Assembly: GCA_965246885.1 (NCBI GenBank)
Contig: OZ251992.1
Location: 1,536,001-1,600,000, forward strand
DNA: 64,000 bases
Reading direction: 5' to 3'
DNA from: Abditibacterium sp.
GTDB taxonomy: Bacteria > Armatimonadota > Abditibacteriia > Abditibacteriales > Abditibacteriaceae
Shown here: positions 55,625 to 64,000 of the stretch, in pieces
Layout of the letters: each line of letters begins with the position of its first letter
Numbering within the stretch: position 1 is the first letter of the stretch
Notes under the pieces: generated by a model
The model's database searches: none
What the model saw: only the letters and a program-made list of their open reading frames with translations
What the model was told of the DNA's origin: nothing
Program-made: the position numbers and the translations under genes

Positions 55625-57496
55625 CTACTCCACTGTCACGCTCTTGGCGAGGTTGCGGGGTTGGTCTACGTCGTGGCCGCGTAGGAGGGCGATGTGATAC
55701 GCGAGCAGTTGGAGCGGGAGGGCGACGATGAAGGGCGTGAAAGACTCGGTGAGTTCGGGGACGCGCAGGACATAGTCGGCGTTGGCGGCGATGTGGGCGT
55801 CACCCTTGCCCGCGATGGCGATGAGCTTGCCTTTGCGCGCGCGCACCTCCTGCATGTTGGAAAGCATCTTCTCGTGGGTGTGGCCTTGGGTGGCGATGGC
55901 GAAGACGGGCATCAGTTCGTCTATGAGCGCGATGGGGCCGTGCTTGAGTTCGCCCGCGCTGTAGCCTTCGGCGTGGATGTAGGAGATTTCTTTCAGTTTC
56001 AGGGCGCCTTCGAGGGCGGATGGGGTGCCGAAGTTGCGCCCGATGAACAGGGCGTGGGCACACGCCCAGAAGCGGCCCGCGACGCGCTCGATTTCGGAAG
56101 TGTCGGCGAGGATTTCGCGCATGACGGCGGGCAGTTCGGCGAATTTGTCGAGACGGCGCTTCATGCGAGCGGCGTCTATCTGGCCGTGAACGCGGCCCAA
56201 GTGGAGCGAGAGGAGATACAGCGCGCCCAACTGCCCGATGAACGCTTTGGTAGAAGCCACACTGATTTCAGGGCCAGCGTTGGTGTAAATCACGCCGTCC
56301 GACGCGCGCACGATGCTGGACGCGGGCATATTCACGACGCTGATAACCTTCAAGCCGCGCTCGCGCGCTTCTTGCACGCCCGCGAGGGTGTCGGCGGTTT
56401 CGCCGGACTGGGAGATGGCGATAACCAGCGTGCCCTCGCCCAAGATGGCGCCCTTGGCGTGGTCGGCGACGTTGCGGTAGCGGAATTCGCTGCTGGTATC
56501 CACATCCACCGAGATAAGACCGAGCCGCTCGATGAGTAGCTTGCCGACAAGTCCGGCGTGCCAACTGGTGCCACACGCTTGGATGAAGATGCGCCGCACG
56601 CTCCGCAGTTCGTCGTCGCTCAGGCCAATGTCGGGCAGAATCACCGTTTCGCGGGCCGCGTCGGTGTAGCGGGCGAGGAGGCGCTCGATGACTTCGGGCT
56701 GCTCGTGGATTTCCTTGAGCATATAGTGCGGCCAGTCGCCCAGTTCCGTTGAGTCGGGGTTCCATTCGAGGCGCTCGACTTTGTGCGCGCGCGCGGCGCC
56801 GTCGGCGAGGTCGAACACTTCGACGGAGTTCGGCTGAAGGACGGCCAACTCGCCGTTGCCCAGAAACACGATGTCGCGCGTCCATTTCAAGATGGCGAGC
56901 GGGTCGGACGCGCAAAAGTTCTCGCCGTCGCCGATACCAACGACAAGCGGCGAGGTTTGGCGCACCGCGACAACCGTATCGGGGAAGTCGGCGTGCATGA
57001 CCGCGAGGGCGTAAGCGCCGCGCACGCCGCGCAAGGCGCTCCGAATGGCGCCGACGAGATCGCCGGGGTGTTCGTCGTAGGCGCGGTGGATGAGGTTGGG
57101 CAACACCTCGGTATCGGTCTGCGAGTGGAAGGCAACGCCCTCACGTTCGAGCGCGGCGCGGATTTCGGCGTAGTTCTCGATGATGCCGTTGTGAACCACG
57201 AAGACGGTGCCCGTCGCGTCGGCGTGTGGGTGGCAGTTGGTTTCGGAGGGGCGCCCGTGCGTGGCCCAGCGCGTATGGCCGATTCCGACGGTGCCTTCAA
57301 GCGGCGCGTTTTTAAGGGAAGACGCGAGGTTTTCTAACTTGCCGACGGCGCGGCGCAGTTCGATGCCACTGCCCGCCGCGCCGCCCGCAATGGACACGCC
57401 CGCCGAGTCGTAGCCGCGATATTCCAATTTCGACAGGCCGCCCAATAAAACGGGCGCGGCGCTTTGAGTTCCAACGTATCCAACGATTCCACACAT
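55625..57496 (-). CDS. glmS: Glutamine--fructose-6-phosphate aminotransferase
   Basis: MCGIVG, LEYRGYDSAG, GHTRWATHG, SQSGETAD, PRNLAKSVTVE. Confidence 0.98.
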   Translation of the reverse strand: MCGIVGYVGTQSAAPVLLGGLSKLEYRGYDSAGVSIAGGAAGSGIELRRAVGKLENLASSLKNAPLEGTVGIGHTRWATHGRPSETNCHPHADATGTVFVVHNGIIENYAEIRAALEREGVAFHSQTDTEVLPNLIHRAYDEHPGDLVGAIRSALRGVRGAYALAVMHADFPDTVVAVRQTSPLVVGIGDGENFCASDPLAILKWTRDIVFLGNGELAVLQPNSVEVFDLADGAARAHKVERLEWNPDSTELGDWPHYMLKEIHEQPEVIERLLARYTDAARETVILPDIGLSDDELRSVRRIFIQACGTSWHAGLVGKLLIERLGLISVDVDTSSEFRYRNVADHAKGAILGEGTLVIAISQSGETADTLAGVQEARERGLKVISVVNMPASSIVRASDGVIYTNAGPEISVASTKAFIGQLGALYLLSLHLGRVHGQIDAARMKRRLDKFAELPAVMREILADTSEIERVAGRFWACAHALFIGRNFGTPSALEGALKLKEISYIHAEGYSAGELKHGPIALIDELMPVFAIATQGHTHEKMLSNMQEVRARKGKLIAIAGKGDAHIAANADYVLRVPELTESFTPFIVALPLQLLAYHIALLRGHDVDQPRNLAKSVTVE

Positions 57497-57514
57497 GACG
57501 CTTCCCAGTTTGCC

Positions 57515-58444
57515 CTAATCGCCCAACTTGGCCCGCTTCAACGCCGCGACGCCATCCAACAAGCGCGGGCCGGGACGGAGCAACAAGTCGCCGTCCACCA
57601 CGATGACGCGCCCCGCCCGCACGCAGGCGAGCTTGGAAAAGCCCGCGTCGGCGCGCAGCGACGCGAGTATCTGGGCGCGCGGCTTCTTGGAAGGAACAAT
57701 GATGGCGTCGGGCTGGTGCACGAGCAGCGATTCAACGTTGACCTTCTTGTAGCCATCTATCCTTAAGGCGTCGGCGATATTGGCGTAGCCCGCGTGTCGC
57801 GCGGCGTCGGCGACGAGCGTGCCGCGTCCGGCAATCCAATCGGGCGTGTCTCCCGTTTGAATCAGCGCCGTCGCTTTGACGGGCGGGAGCGGGAGGGTGA
57901 ACTGCTTCGCCAAGGCCGCCGCTTCTTTGGGCTTGTTAATCCAACCGCCCAATTTTGTGAAGTCGCCCGCGAGCGAGGCGAAATTCGTCGTCGTGAGCGC
58001 CGCGACGGGGACGCCGATTTTGCTTTGCCACCCCTCGAAGCGCGCGCGGTTGGAGGTTTCGCCCTGCACCACGACCAAATCGGGGCGGAGCGCAAGGCAC
58101 TGCTCGACGTTTGGCCCATTATAATCGCCGCCAACCGCGACCTTCTTCGCGCTCGCAGGGAAGTCCGCGTAGCTGTCGCGCCCGACGAGTTGCGACGCGG
58201 CGCCAAGGTCAAACATCGTCTCGACCGCGCCCGGCCCGATGACGACGACGCGCTGGGCGGGGCCGCGCAAGGCGACGCGACGCCCCAAGTCGTCGGCGGG
58301 AAAAATGGGAACGTCGGGGTCTTGCTTGTACTGCGCCCTGCCAATGCCTTTTTGCTTAAGTCCGTTGGAGGGCGCGGGGGCGTGCGCGCAACCCGCAAGA
58401 ATGAACGGCGCGAGGAGAATAGGGGCAAGGCGGCGGGGGAACAT
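57515..58444 (-). CDS. BtuF-like helical-backbone ABC substrate-binding lipoprotein
   Basis: Lipobox ILAGC; DDLGRRV..AQRVV, NVEQCLALRPDLV, LLRPGPR; start trimmed to ATG 58444. Confidence 0.82.
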   Translation of the reverse strand: MFPRRLAPILLAPFILAGCAHAPAPSNGLKQKGIGRAQYKQDPDVPIFPADDLGRRVALRGPAQRVVVIGPGAVETMFDLGAASQLVGRDSYADFPASAKKVAVGGDYNGPNVEQCLALRPDLVVVQGETSNRARFEGWQSKIGVPVAALTTTNFASLAGDFTKLGGWINKPKEAAALAKQFTLPLPPVKATALIQTGDTPDWIAGRGTLVADAARHAGYANIADALRIDGYKKVNVESLLVHQPDAIIVPSKKPRAQILASLRADAGFSKLACVRAGRVIVVDGDLLLRPGPRLLDGVAALKRAKLGD

Positions 58445-58465
58445 TGTGGGGCTTAAGTTTGGGGG

Positions 58466-58531
58466 CTTTGTTTGGAGTGCGCCCGTCAGGGCGTTGTGTT
58501 CCTCGCCCTGATGAGCGCACTCCAAACAAAG
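58466..58531. repeat. TTGGAGTGCG...CGCACTCCAA REP-like inverted repeat
   Basis: 28-bp arms with 2 mismatches, between divergent genes. Confidence 0.75.
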
Positions 58532-58591
58532 GTTGCTTCCACAAGCATCCGCACGGCGCGCGTTTACACTGGCGGGCGTCCATCTAAAGCC

Positions 58592-59962
58592 ATGAAACAC
58601 GATTTGCTGATTATTGGCGCTGGCCCCGGCGGGTATATCGCCGCCATCCGCGCCGCGCAGTTGGGATTGAACGTCGGGTGCATCGAGAAAGAGCCGCGCT
58701 TGGGCGGCACCTGCCTGCGCGTCGGATGTATCCCCTCCAAAGCCCTGCTGGAGTCCAGCGAGAAGTATTTGGAGACCCAAAAGACCCTCGCTGCGCACGG
58801 CATCAACGTCGCGGGCGTGAGCCTCGATTTGGGCGTGATGCAAACCCGCAAAGACGGCGTGGTGAAGTCCCTCACCGACGGCGTGGCGTTTCTCTTTAAG
58901 AAGAACAAAATCACCCGCTACGAAGGCAGCGCCAGTTTCGTTTCCAAAAACAGCGTCAAAGTCGGAGACGAAACGGTTGAAGCCGAGCGCATCCTCATCG
59001 CAACCGGCAGCAAAGCCGCGCCCCTTCCCGGCATCGAGTTCGACTATGACCGCGTCGGGACTTCCACTGAAGCCCTGTCTTATCCCGAAGTGCCGGAGCA
59101 TTTGGTCATCATCGGCGCGGGCTATATCGGCCTCGAAATCGGCAGCGTGTGGAAGCGGCTGGGCGCGCGCGTCACCGTGCTGGAATATCTGCCCATCATC
59201 CTGCCCGGAATGGATGGCGAGATACGGGACGAGGCGTTCAAGATACTCAAAAAGCAGGGCTTGGAGTTTCGCTTGGGCACGAAAGTCATTGGCGCGAGGG
59301 CAACCGAAGGCGGCGCTGTCGTCGAGATAGAAGGCGGCGAACCCATCACGTGCGACCGGGTCTTAGTCGCGGCAGGGCGCCTGCCCAACACCGACGGGTT
59401 GGAGTTGGAAAAAGCCGGTTTGGGCACCGACTCCAAGGGCCGCATCGAAGTGGACGCGCATTATCGCACCAAAGTCGAGGGCATCTACGCCATCGGCGAC
59501 GTGATCGCTGGCCCGATGCTCGCGCACAAGGCCGAGGAAGAGGGCGTCGCGTGCGTCGAGGGCATCGTGACGGGCTACGGCCACGTTAACTACGACGCCA
59601 TCCCCGCCGTCGCTTACACCGACCCCGAAATCGCAGGCGTGGGCAAAACCGAAGAGCAACTCCAAGAAGCGGGCGTCGCTTACAAAAAGGGCGTTTTCCC
59701 CTTCATGGCCAACGGACGCGCCAAAGCCATCGCGCACACCGAAGGCAAAGTCAAAATCCTCGCCGACGCGCAAACCGACCGCATCTTGGGCGTCCATATC
59801 ATCGGCCCGCACGCGGGCGATCTCATCGCCGAAGCCGTCGCCGCCATCGAATTTGGCGCGAGCGCCGAAGATTTACGCCGCACCAGCCACGCCCACCCGA
59901 CTTTGGCCGAGTGTCTCAAAGAAGCGGCCTTCGCCGTCGAAGGCGCCGCGCTGAGTTTGTAA
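58592..59962 (+). CDS. lpdA: Dihydrolipoamide dehydrogenase
   Basis: GAGPGGY, GGTCLRVGCIPSK, GAGYIGLE, MLAHKAEEEG, HAHPTLAE. Confidence 0.96.
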   Translation: MKHDLLIIGAGPGGYIAAIRAAQLGLNVGCIEKEPRLGGTCLRVGCIPSKALLESSEKYLETQKTLAAHGINVAGVSLDLGVMQTRKDGVVKSLTDGVAFLFKKNKITRYEGSASFVSKNSVKVGDETVEAERILIATGSKAAPLPGIEFDYDRVGTSTEALSYPEVPEHLVIIGAGYIGLEIGSVWKRLGARVTVLEYLPIILPGMDGEIRDEAFKILKKQGLEFRLGTKVIGARATEGGAVVEIEGGEPITCDRVLVAAGRLPNTDGLELEKAGLGTDSKGRIEVDAHYRTKVEGIYAIGDVIAGPMLAHKAEEEGVACVEGIVTGYGHVNYDAIPAVAYTDPEIAGVGKTEEQLQEAGVAYKKGVFPFMANGRAKAIAHTEGKVKILADAQTDRILGVHIIGPHAGDLIAEAVAAIEFGASAEDLRRTSHAHPTLAECLKEAAFAVEGAALSL

Positions 59963-59978
59963 ATCACTTGCCCCGGCC

Positions 59979-60965
59979 ATGAACTCGCCCGACTTGCCCC
60001 TCTTCCCCCTCGCGTCGTGGGAATTGCCGCCCGATTCGACCGAGCCGTTGGTCGCCCCGGCGACGTTGCGATGGAGGGGGACTTTGTTTGGGCGGGAGAC
60101 GGATTGGTTGCTCAGACTGATACCGTCCAACGACTTGCTGGGCGAACTCTTTGTGCGCGCCGAGGACGAATCCGAAGCGGGCAGCTACTGGTTTGGAATC
60201 CAATTTATCATGCCGGACGAATGCCAACAGGTGGCCTCGTTGGAACATGAGATGAGATGGAACAGCAGTAGGGTTCCTCAGTGGAGGCGAATATTCTTCG
60301 AGCGAGCCTCGCAAAGCTACGGCGCAACCGCTAACTCAACGGAATTGGAAGTTTTCGTGGTCGGATGCCAAGCAGAAAGCGCCCGCCTTGAAGTGCGTTG
60401 GCCCTTCGAGTTCAACAACGCTTCTTCCGCTCAAGTGCGCGCCGCGATGCTGCGACATTGCGACGACGACTCCGATTTGGGTTTCGCCTGTCGTTGGTTG
60501 CTTCTGCCTCCCGGTGAAAAAGTGGCGATGGTCGTCCAATGGCAACGCGGGAATGAACTGGAACTACGCGCTCTGATGGGAGTTGTGCTGCGCGCGTTGG
60601 GGCCAACAATCTCGCCTTTCACGTTGGAGTGGCAATACCGCCCAGAGTCGAAAACATGGTTTATGGGCCAACATATAGATGAGGAGTGGTGGGAGCCGAT
60701 GGACGAGGGGCTGGCTTCTTGGGAGGACGCACTTCCAGAGTTCTTCGGCATAAGCTGGAACAACGAGCTGGCGGTCAAGCACCGGTGCGTGCGGATTTAC
60801 GAGAAAAGGGAGTTTGTAGAACGCTTCCAAGTCCTTTGCGTACCGCCCACCGCTCACGAACAACTCGAAGCCGCGCGGGAGCTTTCGATTTGGCTTGATG
60901 AACGCGCGGCGCGGCGGGAACTTGCGGCGGAACTGGTGGCGCGGTTGCGCGCGACATTGCGGTGA
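59979..60965 (+). CDS. Hypothetical protein
   Basis: 328 aa Trp-rich ORF with no recognised motif. Confidence 0.6.
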   Translation: MNSPDLPLFPLASWELPPDSTEPLVAPATLRWRGTLFGRETDWLLRLIPSNDLLGELFVRAEDESEAGSYWFGIQFIMPDECQQVASLEHEMRWNSSRVPQWRRIFFERASQSYGATANSTELEVFVVGCQAESARLEVRWPFEFNNASSAQVRAAMLRHCDDDSDLGFACRWLLLPPGEKVAMVVQWQRGNELELRALMGVVLRALGPTISPFTLEWQYRPESKTWFMGQHIDEEWWEPMDEGLASWEDALPEFFGISWNNELAVKHRCVRIYEKREFVERFQVLCVPPTAHEQLEAARELSIWLDERAARRELAAELVARLRATLR

Positions 60966-61015
60966 AAAATTCTCCCCTCCCGTGAACCTTTTCACCCCCA
61001 CCGGGAACTAAGAGG

Positions 61016-61654
61016 ATGGTGCAAAACGACGACGCGCGGCTAAGGCGAAGAATCGAACGCGGCGAGCGGGCGGCGTTCGAGGAGTGGCTCGACCGCGACG
61101 GGCCGCGCGTGCGGGCGCTTTGTCTTCGCATGGGCGCCGATGCGCACGAGGCCGACGACCTGACGCAAGAGATATGGGTCGCCGCGTTCGGGGCCATCGG
61201 TTCCTTTCGCGGCGACGCGGCGCTTTCGACGTGGGTGTATCGGCTCGCCATCAATCATTGCCTGAAATGGCGCGAGAAGGCGGGGCGCGCGGTGGTGCTA
61301 TCGGGCGAGGACGCCGAAACGCTCGACGTGCGGGCGCCCGATGAGGACGACTTGCCGCCGCGCCATTTGGAGCGGCTCGAACTGCGCGGCCAAGTGCGAA
61401 GCGCGCTCGATGCTCTGTCCGACGCGCACCGCGCCGTCGTGGTATTGCACGAACTGCACTACCTGACCTACGCGCAGTGCGCTCAGGCGCTGCAAATCCC
61501 CGTTGGAACCGTGAAATCGCGTTTGTTCCATGCTTTTGGCAAGTTGCGCCGCGAGCTTGGCCCCTACGTTCTGTCCGCCGAGGAGGGCGAAACCGGAGCG
61601 CCCGACCCCGTCGCGCGTTTTCCGGCGCCCGCGTGCGAAGGAGACCTCTCGTGA
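61016..61654 (+). CDS. ECF sigma factor
   Basis: ADDLTQE, FRGDAALSTWVYRLAIN, IPVGTVKSRL. Confidence 0.92.
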   Translation: MVQNDDARLRRRIERGERAAFEEWLDRDGPRVRALCLRMGADAHEADDLTQEIWVAAFGAIGSFRGDAALSTWVYRLAINHCLKWREKAGRAVVLSGEDAETLDVRAPDEDDLPPRHLERLELRGQVRSALDALSDAHRAVVVLHELHYLTYAQCAQALQIPVGTVKSRLFHAFGKLRRELGPYVLSAEEGETGAPDPVARFPAPACEGDLS

Positions 61655-62961
61655 CCCCATCCACCCACTGCCGCGCTTCCGAACGCGCCGATTTGAAAGC
61701 CTTTGCCGACCGCGAACTGCCCTTCCGGGAGCGTCGGAATGTCGCCCGTCATCTGCGCGGTTGCCCCGCGTGCCGCGAGGAGTTGCTTGCCATGACCAAT
61801 TTATCCACCGAACTGCGCGAAACCGCCGCGCCCGAAACCCCGCTCGCGCCCGAACTTCGCGCCCAAATCCTCGACCAGTTGCCCTCACCCGGCGCCCTTC
61901 TCGACGCGGAAGCCGTCCGCCGCAAGAAGCGCGTCGCTCGCAAGAAATTGGTGCTGGCGTTGGGCGCGTGCGCGGTTGCGGGCGTGCTGACGGTGAATTG
62001 GTTCGGTTCCGACGTGAAAAGCACCTTCAGCGCCGCCGCCCTTTCGTCGGGCGCGAGCGCGGATATGGCGGCGGAACCGATGAGTGCGGGTGGCGCTGGC
62101 TCTTTCTCGATGGGTGCGGGAGCCGTAAGTGCAGCCAAGGCGACTAACTCTTTCTCCAAAACCACCAAAGAACTCGCTGATGAGACCGCGAGTCAACGCG
62201 CGGCGGCTCCGAACACAGCAGAGGCGCCCGCCGCATCAGTCACAACATTCGACGCCCAACCCGATTCCGTCGTGCCCGCCGAGCGCGCGGTTCACCGGGA
62301 AGGTTCGCTCACGGTCGCCGTCGCCAACGCCGAAACTGCGAGCGACGACACGACGGCCATCATCAAGAACGCGGGCGGCTTTGTCGCGCAGAACTCGCTG
62401 CAAACCGGCGCGGGACAACACCGCACCGCCACGCTCGATTGTCGCGTGCCGGTGGATAAGTTTGAATTGGTCGTGTCGAAGGTCGGCGCCTTGGGAAGCG
62501 TGCGCGCCAAGTCGCTGAACGGGCAAGACATCACGGCGCAAGTCGCGGGGGCGGGCGCGCGCAGTCAGTCATTAGAAGGGGAGTTAGCAGTTGCCCAAGC
62601 GCGACTGGACAAGATTCAGCGCGCTAAAAAGCCCAACGCAGGCACGGTCTACGAGAGCCGCGCCGAAGTGCGGACGTTGCGCATGCAAGCGGCGCAGGCC
62701 CGCGCGCAGTTGGAAACGCTGCGCAAATACGGCTCGCTTGCATCCTTATATGTCTCGCTGCAAGAGGGCGCACCGCCCTTGGCGCAGAAGTCGAGTTGGG
62801 CCGACTCGCTTAGCCCCACCACGCGGGCGGCGTGGGACGCTTTCGGCAGCAACGCGCGCTTGCCGCTCCAGTTGGTGCTGTGGGTGTTGGCGTATGCGCC
62901 GCTTTGGTTGCCCGCGCTGTTGGTGTGGCGCAAGTGGGGACGCAAGTGGCTCGCGGAGTAA
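61651..62961 (+). CDS. Zinc-finger anti-sigma (zf-HC2) fused to a DUF4349-like domain
   Basis: GTG overlapping the sigma TGA; HLRGCPACREEL; TM; ATLDCRVP..GQDIT; C-terminal TM. Confidence 0.78.
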   Translation: MTPSTHCRASERADLKAFADRELPFRERRNVARHLRGCPACREELLAMTNLSTELRETAAPETPLAPELRAQILDQLPSPGALLDAEAVRRKKRVARKKLVLALGACAVAGVLTVNWFGSDVKSTFSAAALSSGASADMAAEPMSAGGAGSFSMGAGAVSAAKATNSFSKTTKELADETASQRAAAPNTAEAPAASVTTFDAQPDSVVPAERAVHREGSLTVAVANAETASDDTTAIIKNAGGFVAQNSLQTGAGQHRTATLDCRVPVDKFELVVSKVGALGSVRAKSLNGQDITAQVAGAGARSQSLEGELAVAQARLDKIQRAKKPNAGTVYESRAEVRTLRMQAAQARAQLETLRKYGSLASLYVSLQEGAPPLAQKSSWADSLSPTTRAAWDAFGSNARLPLQLVLWVLAYAPLWLPALLVWRKWGRKWLAE

Positions 62962-63009
62962 AGCGGCTTGACAGAGGGAAGGGCGAAAAGCGTGTTTGAC
63001 GCTTGAGCA

Positions 63010-64000
63010 ATGTCTTCTCCTTACCTGCGCCCATCGGCGTTGCTCCCTTGGTTCACCTTCGTGTGGGTGCCGCTACTGGCGGGGTTGTTCGCTTCGCCCG
63101 CGAGCGCACAGGGGCACGAAGCCGCTGCGTCGCCTTCGCCGTTGCCGCTACTTTTAGGGGCGGGTGTAGCGGGGATCGTCTTGGGCGCGGCGCTGGGTAT
63201 GGGACTAAAGAAGGCGCCGTCCGCGCCCGTTGTTGCCGCGAGCGAGCGGGACTATGTGTTTGACGAGGCGTCCGCGCCATTGTCGGTGGTAGATTCCAAG
63301 GAGCGCTTCGTGCGCGTCAATGGCGCGTGGGAGGCGCTGTTGCAAACCGAGGGCGCCGGGGGACGCGGGTTCATCTCGCTCGTTCATCCCGATGACGCGC
63401 CCGACGTGCGCGCGGGTGTCCTGTCGGTGTTCGAGGGCGAGACGCGCCTGTTCGAGCGCGAAACGCGCTTGTTCCGCCCCGACGAAAGCCTTGTGACCGC
63501 CCGCCTGAGTGCGCGCGCCCAAGGAGACAAGAAGAAGCCGGACACGGTGCTACTGGGCTTGCTGGATGTCGGCGAGTTGGTCGAGGCCAAGCGTGAACTG
63601 GCGGGCGCGAGGGCCGCGATTCGCTCCCTCTACGAAGTGATGGCGGGCGACAAAACCGCCAACTTGGACGCCAAAATTAAGTCGTTGCTGGCGATGGGGT
63701 GCGGGCGCTTGGAATTACCCATCGCCGCTTTGTCGCGCCGCGTGCGCGCCGAGGACGGCGGGGATGCGCTTGAAACGCTGTTCGTGCAATCGCCCGACCG
63801 CCGCGTGCGGCCCGCGCTGGTGCTGCGGCGCGGCGACACTTCGCCCGAAGGCCGCTTGCTCGGACTCGACGTGTTGCCGCTCGCGGGCGAGTGGCGCGAG
63901 TCGCCGTGCGTGGCGGCGGGCGAGGCGCTCACGTTTCTGGGTGCCCCGGTCGAAGTGGGCGGCGCGTGGTTCGGCTGGCTGTCGTTCGCTTCCCTTGAAA
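63010..64000 (+). CDS. Membrane-anchored PAS/GAF sensor (3' end runs off the window)
   Basis: Own translation from ATG 63010: TM, RFVRVNGAW..LVHPDD (PAS), KSLLAMGC.RLEL...FLGAPVEVGGAWFGWLSF (GAF-like). Confidence 0.72.
   Translation, partial: MSSPYLRPSALLPWFTFVWVPLLAGLFASPASAQGHEAAASPSPLPLLLGAGVAGIVLGAALGMGLKKAPSAPVVAASERDYVFDEASAPLSVVDSKERFVRVNGAWEALLQTEGAGGRGFISLVHPDDAPDVRAGVLSVFEGETRLFERETRLFRPDESLVTARLSARAQGDKKKPDTVLLGLLDVGELVEAKRELAGARAAIRSLYEVMAGDKTANLDAKIKSLLAMGCGRLELPIAALSRRVRAEDGGDALETLFVQSPDRRVRPALVLRRGDTSPEGRLLGLDVLPLAGEWRESPCVAAGEALTFLGAPVEVGGAWFGWLSFASLE

Noticed and set aside
57497..58591. glmS ribozyme or cobalamin riboswitch
   Set aside because: Only 18 bp separate glmS from the upstream gene, and the region upstream of the BtuF-like gene holds a simple inverted repeat without riboswitch consensus.
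3236..59101. Long antisense or alternative-frame ORFs (e.g. 3236-4654, 33866-35002, 38355-40091, 50651-51913) and the 57515-59101 N-terminal extension
   Set aside because: Shadows of real genes in high-GC DNA; the extension is antisense to lpdA.

Overview
High-GC bacterial chromosomal window. The DUF6785-type transporter, gene content and start-codon context suggest Abditibacteriota/Armatimonadota; this is inference only. Most of it is housekeeping (recG, ruvC, HtrA, feoAAB, galE, metK, PEPCK, mqnE, glmS, lpdA, GH43/GH36 hydrolases, an ECF sigma/anti-sigma pair), with three type II toxin-antitoxin pairs, two apparently broken genes and several REP-like palindromes. Three things stand out. (1) At 46.9-55.5 kb, three secreted proteins (FG-GAP, CSLREA, cadherin-like) share a C-terminal lamin-tail-like module, but only one copy is complete. 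A 252-bp inverted repeat and a 110-bp direct repeat are placed so that recombination would pass the complete tail to either other gene (shufflon-like switch, palindrome collapse or misassembly). (2) Six dispersed, sequence-diverse arrays with a strict 21-nt period occur both between genes and in frame inside genes. (3) A PA14/Ig/metallopeptidase gene with an AT-rich C-terminus and an AT-rich partner gene (polymorphic-toxin-like layout) has a signal peptide that starts at ATA, overlapping the upstream TAA. No tRNA, rRNA, CRISPR array, transposase or recombinase was recognised. Family assignments come from motif recognition by eye, not database searches.
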